Part shown: positions 39,245 to 48,570 of the stretch, piece after piece
How positions within the stretch are numbered: the stretch's first letter is position 1
Layout of the letters: each line of letters begins with the position of its first letter
Assembly (NCBI GenBank): GCA_958353395.1
Contig: CATWSG010000005.1
Coordinates: 6,985-70,984 of the forward strand
Direction of reading: 5' to 3'
DNA length: 64,000 nucleotides
From: an uncultured Collinsella sp.
Lineage (GTDB): Bacteria; Actinomycetota; Coriobacteriia; Coriobacteriales; Coriobacteriaceae
The notes under the pieces: model-generated
The model's database searches: none
What the model saw: the letters and a program-made list of their open reading frames with translations, nothing else
What the model was told of the DNA's origin: nothing
Made by a program: the position numbers and the translations under genes

Positions 39245-40054
39245 GTGCTACAGGTCGTCATTTCGCCCGCCAAACAGATGCGGACAGCTCAAGATGCCTT
39301 TGACGTTTGGGGCATACCGCCTTTTGCACATCAGACGGCCCGGCTCCATCAGGCACTGCTGGGCATCGAACACGAGGACGGCGCGGCAGGCCTTCAGGCC
39401 CTTTGGAACGTGAGCGACAGGCTGCTTACAACGTGCCTGGATACGCTTCACGGATTTATGCCCGTCCCGAGCGATGCCGACCTCGCCGATTCCGGTATCG
39501 CACGTCGCCTCTCCCCCGCCGTCATGTCCTACCACGGCATCCAATACCAAAGCATGGCGCCCGAGGTCATGGATGCCGCACAGCTCGACTGGCTGCAAAA
39601 CCATCTCTGGATCCTCTCGGGACTCTACGGATGCGTGCGCCCCTTCCACGGCGTGTCGCCCTATCGGCTCGAAATGGGGGCGAAGCTCTCCGTCGACGGC
39701 GCTCGCGATCTCTATGCCTTCTGGGGGAATCGACTTGCGCAGGCAATTGCGCCGGCCGGTTCCGACACCACTATCGTCAACCTTGCCAGCGTGGAATACG
39801 CCAAAGCCGTCCTGCCCCATGCTGCACAGGATACAACTGTTATCACCTGCCTTTTTGGCGAAGGCATCCGCAACGATAAGCCCGTCCAGCGATCGACCGC
39901 TAGCAAAAAGGCACGCGGCTCCATGGTGCGCTGGATGGCAGAAAACAAGCTCGAGGATGTAAGCGGGCTCACCGCGTTCGACGTTGGTTATCGTCACTTT
40001 CCCGAGCTTTCAAATAAAAACACTTTGGTCTTCCTGAACGAACAGGCCTTGTAG
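39245..40054 (+). CDS. yaaA: YaaA/UPF0246 family peroxide-stress DNA-binding protein
   Basis: ISPAKQM, YHGIQY, ILSGLYG, PYRLEMG, VNLASVEY, KKARG. Confidence 0.88.
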   Translation: MLQVVISPAKQMRTAQDAFDVWGIPPFAHQTARLHQALLGIEHEDGAAGLQALWNVSDRLLTTCLDTLHGFMPVPSDADLADSGIARRLSPAVMSYHGIQYQSMAPEVMDAAQLDWLQNHLWILSGLYGCVRPFHGVSPYRLEMGAKLSVDGARDLYAFWGNRLAQAIAPAGSDTTIVNLASVEYAKAVLPHAAQDTTVITCLFGEGIRNDKPVQRSTASKKARGSMVRWMAENKLEDVSGLTAFDVGYRHFPELSNKNTLVFLNEQAL

Positions 40055-40094
40055 GACCACCGCTACTTTTGAATGTGCTGCCTAGGCTCGACAC

Positions 40095-40616
40095 CTATTC
40101 CGCTAGACCGTCGGCCTTCGCAATCACGTTTGTCGAACCGTCCTGATAGACAATCTTGACGTGCTCAACCTCGGACACCGCAACATCCGTCGGAGGCTCC
40201 AGGCGCCATTCCGCCAGCGCAATGTCCATGGTCGTGGGCACGTTCCCCTGATCTTTGAGCTTCACCGTGAGCGTTTTGAGCGCCGCATCAAACGTCACGC
40301 GTTCGATTTCTTCGCCCGGAATGGATCCGCCACTCAGCTGCAACTGCACAAACTCGTCGCGCGGATACCAATAGTCGCCCGGAACGGCGAGCGTATTGGC
40401 ATTACCGCCAGTACTCCTCACCGTCATAATCGGTAGGCCATCATTAGCCTCGAACTCCCATGCAGCGCCGCCGCGACCGCCAAACGTCCAGATACAAAAG
40501 GCAATCACCAGCACGGCAAGCACCGCAAAGCCAATCGCGACCAACCCATGGTGCGCACGGCCCTCCTCGGCCGATATGTCCCATTGCGTCTCTCGATATA
40601 GATGCTTGTCTTCCAT
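40095..40616 (-). CDS. Hypothetical single-pass membrane protein
   Basis: GGGGAGG SD; one hydrophobic segment then a soluble domain; no recognised family. Confidence 0.6.
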   Translation of the reverse strand: MEDKHLYRETQWDISAEEGRAHHGLVAIGFAVLAVLVIAFCIWTFGGRGGAAWEFEANDGLPIMTVRSTGGNANTLAVPGDYWYPRDEFVQLQLSGGSIPGEEIERVTFDAALKTLTVKLKDQGNVPTTMDIALAEWRLEPPTDVAVSEVEHVKIVYQDGSTNVIAKADGLAE

Positions 40617-40685
40617 GTTCGCCTCCCCACAGGCACGCTCATCGCGTCAATCGTACCCATTCGAGCTATACTTGAGCCCACCACA

Positions 40686-40785
40686 TAAACGGGGAGCTTG
40701 CAGGACAAGACGGCAGGCTGAGACTGGGCGCGCCCGCCCTGACCCGCAAACCTGATATGGGTAATGCCAACGAAGGGAGCCGTGC
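40686..40785 (+). promoter_or_regulatory. TPP riboswitch
   Basis: GGGGAGC...GCTGAGA...GACCC...ACCTGAT..GGGTAATGCCAACGAAGGGA conserved THI-box elements directly before thiC. Confidence 0.93.
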
Positions 40786-40787
40786 CA

Positions 40788-42122
40788 ATGAGCACACAGA
40801 CCGAGTCCAAGCTCGTCACGCAAATCGACTTCGCCCGCGCCGGGCAGATCACACCGCAGATGAAGGAGGTCGCCGAGCGCGAGCATCGTGACCCCGAGTA
40901 CATCCGTGAGCGCGTGGCCGACGGCCGCATCGCCATTCCCGCCAACATCGTGCATATCAAAAAGGGCATGCGCGCCTTTGGTGTCGGTGAGGGCCTGTCC
41001 ACCAAGGTCAACGTGAACTTGGGCATCTCGGGCGACAAGGCCGATGCCGCCGAGGAATGGAAGAAGGTCAAGATCGCTGAGGACTTTGGCGCCGACGCCA
41101 TCATGGACCTCTCCAACTCGGGCAAGACGCGCCAGTTCCGCCAGCAGCTCATCGACGAGACCCCGCTCATGGTGGGCACCGTCCCCATGTACGACGCCAT
41201 CGGCTACATGGAAAAGCCGCTGGTCAAGCTTACCAAGGACGACCTGTTCGAGGTCGTGCGCGCGCACGCCGAGGACGGCGTGGACTTTATGACCATCCAC
41301 TGCGGCATCAACAAGTCGGTCACCAAGACCTTTAAGGAGACCGGCCGCCTCATGAACATCGTGAGCCGCGGCGGCTCGCTGCTGTTTGGCTGGATGGAGG
41401 TCACCGGTAACGAGAACCCGTTCTATGAGTACTTTGACGAGCTGCTCGAAATCTGCCATGAGTACGACGTGACGATTTCGCTCGGCGACTCCTGCCGCCC
41501 GGGCTGCCTCTACGACTCCAACGACGCCACCGAGACCGCCGAGATGATCGAGCTGGGCAAGCTATGCAAGCGTGCTTGGGCCGCCGGCGTCCAGGTCATG
41601 GTCGAGGGCCCGGGTCACATGGCGCTCGACGAGATCGCCGCCAACATGAAGCTGCAGAAGCGCCTGTGCCACAACGCCCCGTTCTATGTGCTCGGGCCGC
41701 TGGTGACCGATATCGGCGTGGGTTATGACCACATCACCGCTGCCATCGGCGGCGCCATCTCCGCGAGCTCGGGTGCCGACTTTTTGTGCTACGTGACACC
41801 GGCAGAGCACCTATGCCTGCCTAACGCCCAGGATGTGCTCGATGGCCTCATGGCCACCAAGATCGCCGCACACGCCGCCGACATCGCCAAAAAGGTGCCC
41901 CACGCCCGCGACATGGACGACAAGATGGGCCAGGCACGCCGCAAGCTCGACTGGGACGCCATGTGGAAGTGCGCGCTCGACCCGGTTACGGGCAAGAAGC
42001 GCTACGAGGAGTCCCCCGCCGCCACCGAGGGCACTTGCACCATGTGTGGCAAGATGTGCGCCGTCCGTACCGTCAACAAGGTGTTCGAGGGTACGACGAT
42101 CGATCTTGGCATGGAGGACTAA
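40788..42122 (+). CDS. thiC: Phosphomethylpyrimidine synthase (short, anaerobe-type ThiC)
   Basis: KVNVNLG, IMDLS, GTVPMY, TIHCG, IVSRGGS, EGPGH, YDHIT, PAEHL, CTMCGKMC; TPP riboswitch upstream. Confidence 0.93.
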   Translation: MSTQTESKLVTQIDFARAGQITPQMKEVAEREHRDPEYIRERVADGRIAIPANIVHIKKGMRAFGVGEGLSTKVNVNLGISGDKADAAEEWKKVKIAEDFGADAIMDLSNSGKTRQFRQQLIDETPLMVGTVPMYDAIGYMEKPLVKLTKDDLFEVVRAHAEDGVDFMTIHCGINKSVTKTFKETGRLMNIVSRGGSLLFGWMEVTGNENPFYEYFDELLEICHEYDVTISLGDSCRPGCLYDSNDATETAEMIELGKLCKRAWAAGVQVMVEGPGHMALDEIAANMKLQKRLCHNAPFYVLGPLVTDIGVGYDHITAAIGGAISASSGADFLCYVTPAEHLCLPNAQDVLDGLMATKIAAHAADIAKKVPHARDMDDKMGQARRKLDWDAMWKCALDPVTGKKRYEESPAATEGTCTMCGKMCAVRTVNKVFEGTTIDLGMED

Positions 42123-42299
42123 CTCGTCACCGGAGCCACAAACGGCCACAAGGTGTTCGTCAATTGTTGACATGTGAACATTTTCTTACATTTCCGTAAA
42201 GATTGCACTGCCCGCCCGGGATCGGCATACAGCCGGCCCGGGCAACTTTATAATGCAGGCAGGAGACCCATTTGAATCCGACCGAACAAGGGAGCGAAC

Positions 42300-43130
42300 A
42301 TGGATCGCAGTAAGGTACCCGCCGTTCTATCCATCGCAGGATCCGATTCCAGCGGTGGCGCCGGCATTCAGGCAGACATTAAGACCATCACGGCGCACCG
42401 TCTGTATGCCGAGACAGCCATCACAGCCATAACCGCACAAAACACGCTCGGTGTCACCGCCGTGCAGAATATCTCCCCGGATATTGTCGCGGCGCAGATC
42501 GACGCCGTCTTTGACGATATTCGCCCCAACGCGGTCAAAATCGGCATGGTTTCCTCTGCTGAGATTATCGAGGTTATCGCCGACCGCCTGAGTGCCTGGG
42601 ACGCACAAAATATCGTCGTCGATCCCGTCATGGTCGCCACTTCGGGCGCCCGCCTCATTGCCGAGGATGCCGCTGAGGCGCTCACACGTCGCCTGTTCCC
42701 GTTGGCGACCGTCATCACGCCCAACATTCCCGAGGCCATGGCGCTGCTCGACTACGAGGTCGATTCCGAGCGCACGCAGCAAAACGCTGCCATGCTCCTC
42801 ACCCGCCGCTTTGGCTGCGCGTCCCTTGTTAAGGGCGGGCATTTTGTCAACGAGGCCAACGATGTGCTAGCAGAGCCCGCGCCGCTCGATGACGAGGGCA
42901 ACCACCTGGGCGATCCGCTCACCACGTGGTTCCGCCACAAGCGCATCGAGACCGCCAACACGCATGGCACCGGCTGCACGCTCTCGTCCGCCATCGCCTG
43001 CGCATTGGCACAGGGCATGGATCTTGCCGACGCCGTCAACGCCGGCAAGGCCTACCTAACCGGCGCTCTCGCCGCCGGCCTGAACATGGGCAAAGGCTCC
43101 GGCCCTGTCAACCACATGTGGCAGTATTAA
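42300..43130 (+). CDS. thiD: Hydroxymethylpyrimidine/phosphomethylpyrimidine kinase
   Basis: IAGSDSSGGAGIQADIKT, DPVMVATSG, TPNIPEA, HGTGCTLSSA. Confidence 0.95.
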   Translation: MDRSKVPAVLSIAGSDSSGGAGIQADIKTITAHRLYAETAITAITAQNTLGVTAVQNISPDIVAAQIDAVFDDIRPNAVKIGMVSSAEIIEVIADRLSAWDAQNIVVDPVMVATSGARLIAEDAAEALTRRLFPLATVITPNIPEAMALLDYEVDSERTQQNAAMLLTRRFGCASLVKGGHFVNEANDVLAEPAPLDDEGNHLGDPLTTWFRHKRIETANTHGTGCTLSSAIACALAQGMDLADAVNAGKAYLTGALAAGLNMGKGSGPVNHMWQY

Positions 43131-43190
43131 GATTCGCAGCCCAAGCCACCGCAAAGGCGCCCGCCCCCTTTGCGGTGGTTTGGGGTCGCG

Positions 43191-43850
43191 CTACTCTCCG
43201 AGCATCTCTTGGAGCTTGGCTGCCACGGCGTGACCCAGGCTCTCATGGCTTTCGGGCATCATATGCAGATAGTCGATATCGCCCGGCTCGGCAAAGTCGG
43301 CGGCATTCAAAAAGTCGCAGCCAAACTGCTCAGCCACATGCGCGTAGTACTCACCAAAATGTTCCGAGGCTTCTACGGAATGCTCGTCAAAATCGGTCAT
43401 ATATACGTCGGCGATCTGCGGCTTAATCTTGATAGGCGCCATCAGCAGAATGCGCGGACAAGGCGCAGCGTCGGTCCACGGAAACGCGCGGACGGCGCGA
43501 ATCAGCGCTATGGCGCCACGGGCGATATCGGAAGCTGTCACGTTAAAGACCGTCTTACAGTCGTTGGTGCCCAGCATGATCACAATGGCGTCCAGCGGCT
43601 TATGGGCCTCGAGCAGCATCGGAAGTGCGCGGATGCCGTTAAGATTGGTGTCCAGATGGCACATGTCGTCGCGTACCGTCGTGCGGCCGTTGAGGCCTTC
43701 TTCAATTACATGCCAGCCCTCGCCTAAGTCACGTTGGGCCACGCCGCACCAGCGCACATCCTGCGCATAGCGCACCGCGGTGCCGTCGCGCATGCCCGCC
43801 GGATCGTAACCATAGGTGTTGCTGTCGCCAAAGCATAGAACGTTTTTCAT
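43191..43850 (-). CDS. SGNH/GDSL hydrolase (arylesterase-like)
   Basis: CFGDSNTYG, EGLNGRT, MLGTND, DYLH. Confidence 0.9.
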   Translation of the reverse strand: MKNVLCFGDSNTYGYDPAGMRDGTAVRYAQDVRWCGVAQRDLGEGWHVIEEGLNGRTTVRDDMCHLDTNLNGIRALPMLLEAHKPLDAIVIMLGTNDCKTVFNVTASDIARGAIALIRAVRAFPWTDAAPCPRILLMAPIKIKPQIADVYMTDFDEHSVEASEHFGEYYAHVAEQFGCDFLNAADFAEPGDIDYLHMMPESHESLGHAVAAKLQEMLGE

Positions 43851-43870
43851 CGTAAGCCCCTCCTTTTAGT

Positions 43871-43904
43871 AAAAAGCCGGCGGGAGCAGCCTCTCCCGCC
43901 GGCT
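43871..43904 (-). terminator. Intrinsic terminator of the macrodomain gene
   Basis: Minus strand AGCCGGCGGGAG...CTCCCGCCGGCT followed by TTTT. Confidence 0.7.
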
Positions 43905-43929
43905 CGACATATCCGTCAGCACGTACCGA

Positions 43930-45045
43930 TTACAGGTACTTGCGCCAATCGTCCTCGTCCTCATCATCCTCGGTAGCAGCCTGGGTCTGCTCGGCGGCGC
44001 GAGCTGCCGCAGCGCGAGCGGCAACCTGGGCATAGGACTCCTCGTTGCGCTCGGGGAAGTTTGCCAGCACGTGTTCGAACTTGGCAAAATCCTCATCCCA
44101 GCGCGTAGAAGGCACGGCAAAGAAGACTTGCTTGACCTTAAAGTCGCCCGACGCGAGCTCCTTGCGGAAGAGCTCGGCCACGGTCTCGGCGTCAAAGCCG
44201 TTGTTGTCGCAGCCCCAAGCGCCCAGCACGAGCTTCTCGCGACCCAGCTCGTCACAGACGGCAAGCACAAAGCGGATGCGATCGCGCAGAGCGTCCAGCA
44301 GGGCATCGTCACCCACGCGATACTCCTGGCGAGCGCGCTTGGCGTTGGGCGCGGCGGCCACGATCACGTCAGCATACGCATGCACGTGGTTGCGGTCAAA
44401 GCGCACCGCAGGCACCACCAGCGCACGATTGCGGTAAAGCTCGCAGTTGATGTTGCGACGACGGTTCTCGCCGTACCACTTGCGCTGCTTGTCGAGCACG
44501 TTGTACAGGTACGAATCGGCGCACAGCGTGGCCTCCTGGCCCAGATAACCCTGAATATATCCACCGCCCGGATTGGTAAACGAGGCAAAGGCGAGCACGG
44601 CCATGTCGCAGAACTGCGCATAGCCGCGACCGTTATCGAGGATTGCCTGCGTGGCGGAGGCATCAAGCACAGTGACCTCGGGCAGGACCGGAGCGGGCTC
44701 CTCAGCAGGCGCGGACTCAGCTTCGGCGATTTCCTCGGCAGGCTCCTCGACGGGCTCGGGCGCCGCCTCGACCTCGGCAGTCTCCGCGTTCTCGACGTCC
44801 TCGGCGACCTGCTCTTCGGCGGCCACAGCACTCTGAACCTTGGCCTTCATCGCCGCGACAAAGCCGGCAGGCATACCGTCAAACTCGCGAACACCGGCAA
44901 GCGAACGCTCGATATCCTTGGCGCACGCTTCGGACACAGTTGCCACGTGACGCTCGGCGGCCTTGGCACGGGCCTCGCGCTTGGGATTGGGCTGACCCGC
45001 TCGGTTGGACCTGCGGTTACGGTTCCTGTTGTCGACGTCTGCCAT
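43930..45045 (-). CDS. TIGR02452/DUF2263-like bacterial PARG-type macrodomain protein with acidic low-complexity N-terminus
   Basis: AVLAFASFTNPGGGY..G..GQEATLC..S, DVIVAAAPN, LVLGAWGC, VFFAV. Confidence 0.75.
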   Translation of the reverse strand: MADVDNRNRNRRSNRAGQPNPKREARAKAAERHVATVSEACAKDIERSLAGVREFDGMPAGFVAAMKAKVQSAVAAEEQVAEDVENAETAEVEAAPEPVEEPAEEIAEAESAPAEEPAPVLPEVTVLDASATQAILDNGRGYAQFCDMAVLAFASFTNPGGGYIQGYLGQEATLCADSYLYNVLDKQRKWYGENRRRNINCELYRNRALVVPAVRFDRNHVHAYADVIVAAAPNAKRARQEYRVGDDALLDALRDRIRFVLAVCDELGREKLVLGAWGCDNNGFDAETVAELFRKELASGDFKVKQVFFAVPSTRWDEDFAKFEHVLANFPERNEESYAQVAARAAAARAAEQTQAATEDDEDEDDWRKYL

Positions 45046-45185
45046 ACGTGGCCACCTTTCCTGTCGCTGCCGCTATCGGCTTTTCCCATCCATGATACCC
45101 CGCCGCGTACAAAAAAGACGGCCCCGAAGGACCGCCTTTCACATCGTTTTACCGCGTCCGACAAGAAACGCTGCAATCCCCCGCG

Positions 45186-45881
45186 CTAGTCGCGACGACC
45201 GAGGATGTTCAGGATGCGCAGGAACACGTTGATAATGTCCACGAACAGATTGGACGCCATGAGCACCGCATTGGGCAGCGTGGGCGGCACCGTCGTGGCA
45301 ACATAGGTGTCGTAGCCAATAAAGCCGGCGAACACCACGATCACGATCAGGTCGGTGATGGTCTGCGAGACGCCCATGAACATCAGCACGATCTCAACCA
45401 GAATAGTGGCGAGCAGAATGCCAAAGCCGATGCCATATACGCGCTGGAAAAACTTGGGGAACGTCACGCCCAAGGCGCCAAAGACAAAGGTGATGGCGGC
45501 CGTGGCGATAAAGGCAGTGTTGATGGTGGGCAGGTCGTAGTTGGCAAGGCCAAACGACGCGGTCAGGCCGAAGGTACTCGCAAAGATTACGTAGCCCACA
45601 AGGGACAGACCCACGGACTGCTTGCCCGCAGCAGCCGACATCATGACCATGCCGACGATGGTTAAAATAAACGAGCCAAAGACCAGTGGCAGGGCGGCGC
45701 CGCTCATCATCATGCGCGCAAACGACATGGTGCTCGTAAAGTAGGCGCCGGCACCCATGGCGCAAAAGCCCAAGAAGATCAGGGCAGATATGGCGAGATT
45801 GTACGCGCGCGGCGACATCTCCTTGGCGCGACTTGCGCCGGTCTCGACGGGGCCGTTCTGATAGCCCTGAATATCGTTCAT
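45186..45881 (-). CDS. Bax inhibitor-1/YccA family membrane protein
   Basis: About 7 transmembrane segments, FAGFIGYDT, LFVDIINVFLRILNI C-terminal motif. Confidence 0.85.
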   Translation of the reverse strand: MNDIQGYQNGPVETGASRAKEMSPRAYNLAISALIFLGFCAMGAGAYFTSTMSFARMMMSGAALPLVFGSFILTIVGMVMMSAAAGKQSVGLSLVGYVIFASTFGLTASFGLANYDLPTINTAFIATAAITFVFGALGVTFPKFFQRVYGIGFGILLATILVEIVLMFMGVSQTITDLIVIVVFAGFIGYDTYVATTVPPTLPNAVLMASNLFVDIINVFLRILNILGRRD

Positions 45882-45960
45882 GCTTCGTCCTTTCAAAAAG
45901 CGCCACGACAGCGCAGCAGGTGACAAGATTCCTGCCATTGTACCCGAACGCCGTGCGTCC

Positions 45961-46299
45961 TTACCTACGGCGCTCGCCCTCAAGCGTACGATCAAACGCC
46001 CAAACCCACCAACGCATCACGTGTGCCTGCGAGCCGTCCGCCCGCTCGCGCGTCTGGTCCTCCAGATACAACTCGGTCGCGTGCCCGCCAAAACGCACCT
46101 TATAGGTTGCCGTACGAATGCCGTGAACCGTCAGGCCAAACCCAGTGGTCGAGACAATCTCGTCAATCGTAAAGCAACGACCGTCGACCCAGCAGACGGT
46201 GACCGGCACGACCTGTCCGCCCGCGAGGATGCGAGCCACGACGTCCACATACTGCTTGTGCACGCGCCGAGTTTTGCCATCTGTCTGTCGATATTCCAT
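45961..46299 (-). CDS. Small hypothetical protein, probably SOS-regulated
   Basis: AGGAGG SD; PVTVCWVDGRCFTIDEI...YKVRFGG..TELYLE...WWV pattern; LexA-like box upstream. Confidence 0.65.
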   Translation of the reverse strand: MEYRQTDGKTRRVHKQYVDVVARILAGGQVVPVTVCWVDGRCFTIDEIVSTTGFGLTVHGIRTATYKVRFGGHATELYLEDQTRERADGSQAHVMRWWVWAFDRTLEGERRR

Positions 46300-46310
46300 G
46301 CCTCCTATTA

Positions 46311-46326
46311 TCGAACGCATGTTTGC
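46311..46326. promoter_or_regulatory. LexA (Cheo/SOS) box candidate
   Basis: TCGAACgcatGTTTGC matches Gram-positive/actinobacterial GAAC-N4-GTTY, next to the SD of the 45961-46299 gene. Confidence 0.65.
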
Positions 46327-46549
46327 ATGTTGTAAAGCGAACAGGCTGTGGTTTTGGGGTGTTGGGGCGCGCGCACGTGTCCTCATGGTGTGTTAGCAAA
46401 AAGAACACCCACGGTCAACAGGGCTAATATTCATTTTTAGTGCCAAAAAATTCACTGCTCCCATCAGAACTCGGTAAAGAAACCCGCAGGAGGTGATACG
46501 ATTTATCATGTTTCTGTAACGTGCCTGCAAACTTCGAGAAAGCCCATAT

Positions 46550-47599
46550 ATGGACGTAACGTTCTCAACCTTCCTCGGCCAACTTGTGTCGAACCCAGTC
46601 CTTGCCGTCACCGTGATCCTCGCGCTCGGCGCCATCTTCGTCAATGGATGGACCGACGCACCCAACGCCATCGCGACCTGCGTCACTACGCGTTGCATGC
46701 CCGCCCGCGCCGCTATTCTCATGAGTGCCGCATTCAACTTCCTTGGCGTGCTCATCATGACGCACTTTAACGCGAGCGTCGCCAACACCATCTCCCATAT
46801 TGTCGACTTTGGCGGAAACAGCACCATGGCGCTTGCCTGTCTGTGCGCGGCGCTGTTCTCCATCGTCGTCTACGGCGCCACAGCGTCGCGTTTTGGCATC
46901 CCCACCTCGCAAAGCCACAGCCTTATCGCCGGCCTGACCGGTGCCGCCATCGCCCTCGGCGGTGCGAGCAGCGTCAACGTCCACGAGTGGATGAAGGTCA
47001 TCTACGGCCTGGCGCTCTCCATCGGTCTGGGCTTTGTCATGGGCTGGGTCCTGTGCAAGCTCGTCTCGATTCTTTTCGCCGCCGCCAACAGGCGACGTGC
47101 CAATGTCTTCTTTAAATACGCTCAGATCGCGAGCGCTGCGGCCATGAGCTTTATGCACGGCGCGCAGGATGGACAGAAGTTCATCGGCGTGCTCTTTTTA
47201 GGCGTGGCCTTTGCCAGCGGCCAGACGAGCGTCGGCGATGCCGGCATCCCCATCTGGATTATGCTGCTATGCTCGGCCACCATGGGCATCGGCACCAGCG
47301 TGGGCGGCGAGCGCATCATCAAGTCCGTTGGCCAGAGCATGGTCAAGCTCGAAAAGTACCAGGGCTTCTCCGCCGACCTGGCGGGCGCCGCGAACCTGCT
47401 GCTTGCCACCCTTACCGGCATCCCCGTGTCCTCCACACACATCAAGACCTGCGCCATCATGGGCGTCGGTGCCGTCAAGCGCCTCTCGGCCATCAACTTC
47501 GGCGTCGTCAAGGACATGATGTTCACCTGGTTCTTCACCTTCCCCGCCTGCGGACTCATCAGCTTTGTCATGGCCAAGCTGTTCATGATGTTCCTCTAA
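46550..47599 (+). CDS. pit: Inorganic phosphate transporter, PiT family
   Basis: NGWTDAPNAIAT, GIPTSQSH, HGAQDGQK, GIPVSSTH. Confidence 0.92.
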   Translation: MDVTFSTFLGQLVSNPVLAVTVILALGAIFVNGWTDAPNAIATCVTTRCMPARAAILMSAAFNFLGVLIMTHFNASVANTISHIVDFGGNSTMALACLCAALFSIVVYGATASRFGIPTSQSHSLIAGLTGAAIALGGASSVNVHEWMKVIYGLALSIGLGFVMGWVLCKLVSILFAAANRRRANVFFKYAQIASAAAMSFMHGAQDGQKFIGVLFLGVAFASGQTSVGDAGIPIWIMLLCSATMGIGTSVGGERIIKSVGQSMVKLEKYQGFSADLAGAANLLLATLTGIPVSSTHIKTCAIMGVGAVKRLSAINFGVVKDMMFTWFFTFPACGLISFVMAKLFMMFL

Positions 47600-47666
47600 T
47601 CAAACCGAACGTCCATCCGGACCGCAACACTTCGCCCACCCGTCTTCGCCTCGAAAGGACCCACCC

Positions 47667-48290
47667 ATGGCAAAGAAACCCGATTCGTTCTACTTTGACA
47701 ACTACGTCGCTTGCGCCGACCTCGCCGTCCAGGCCGCAGAGCTGCTCACCAAGATTTTCGAGAACTTCGATCCCGCGCAGATTCACGACATGCTCAATAA
47801 GATGCATGCGATTGAGCATGCGGCAGACAAGAAGCACCACGAGCTCGAAGACGCCCTGCTCACCGCCTTTATCACCCCGCTCGAGCGCGAGGACCTGGAT
47901 CTGATGAGCTGCGCGCTCGACACCGTGCTCGACCGTATTGAGGGCGTCGTGCAGCGCGTCTACTTCACCAACATTCAGAGCATCCATCCCGACGCCATCG
48001 TCATCGCCCACAAGGTGACTGACGCCTGCCGCGCCATGAAAGACCTGATGGTCGAGCTGCCCAACTACCGCAAGTCCAAGACCCTGCGCGAACTCGTCAT
48101 CCAGATCAACACCATCGAGTCCGAAGCCGACGAGCTCTATATCAACGCCATGCGCAACCTGCACGTTAACGGCAAGGACCCGCTCGAGGTCATCGCCTGG
48201 CGTGACGTGTACGCCTTCCTGGAGTACTGCGCTGACTGCTGTGAGAATGTGGCCGATGTTGTGGATTCGATTGTCATGAAGAACAGTTAA
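47667..48290 (+). CDS. DUF47 / PhoU-like Pit accessory protein
   Basis: EHAAD, FITPLEREDL, ESEAD, LEYCADCCE; follows pit. Confidence 0.9.
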   Translation: MAKKPDSFYFDNYVACADLAVQAAELLTKIFENFDPAQIHDMLNKMHAIEHAADKKHHELEDALLTAFITPLEREDLDLMSCALDTVLDRIEGVVQRVYFTNIQSIHPDAIVIAHKVTDACRAMKDLMVELPNYRKSKTLRELVIQINTIESEADELYINAMRNLHVNGKDPLEVIAWRDVYAFLEYCADCCENVADVVDSIVMKNS

Positions 48291-48310
48291 TTGGGGGTAC
48301 GTGTCCCGGC

Positions 48311-48394
48311 GGCGAAGGGCCGGCACCTGTTTGCTTTCTCACTCCGGCTGCATGGCAGAGTCGTTCGAAAGTAAACAGGTGCCGGCCCTTCGCC
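48311..48394. repeat. Long palindrome with ~28-bp arms
   Basis: GGCGAAGGGCCGGCACCTGTTTGCTTTC...GAAAGTAAACAGGTGCCGGCCCTTCGCC. Confidence 0.75.
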
Positions 48395-48570
48395 TTACGT
48401 ACCACCATTGGGAACTTTGGCTGATACTTTGAAAGCGATGGGGCTTTTGTTGGCGGGGCCTTTGGACCCGATTGGGAACTTTGGGACCGCCTTAAACGTT
48501 TGGGTGGATGGGGCTTTGGGTACCCTTTGTTTTACTTTGGATTGATTCGTTGAATTTGGAGGGCTTGGTT

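Noticed and set aside
40788..42122. ThiC paralogue BzaA/B/F (cobamide lower-ligand synthesis)
   Set aside because: TPP riboswitch and adjacent thiD indicate the thiamine role
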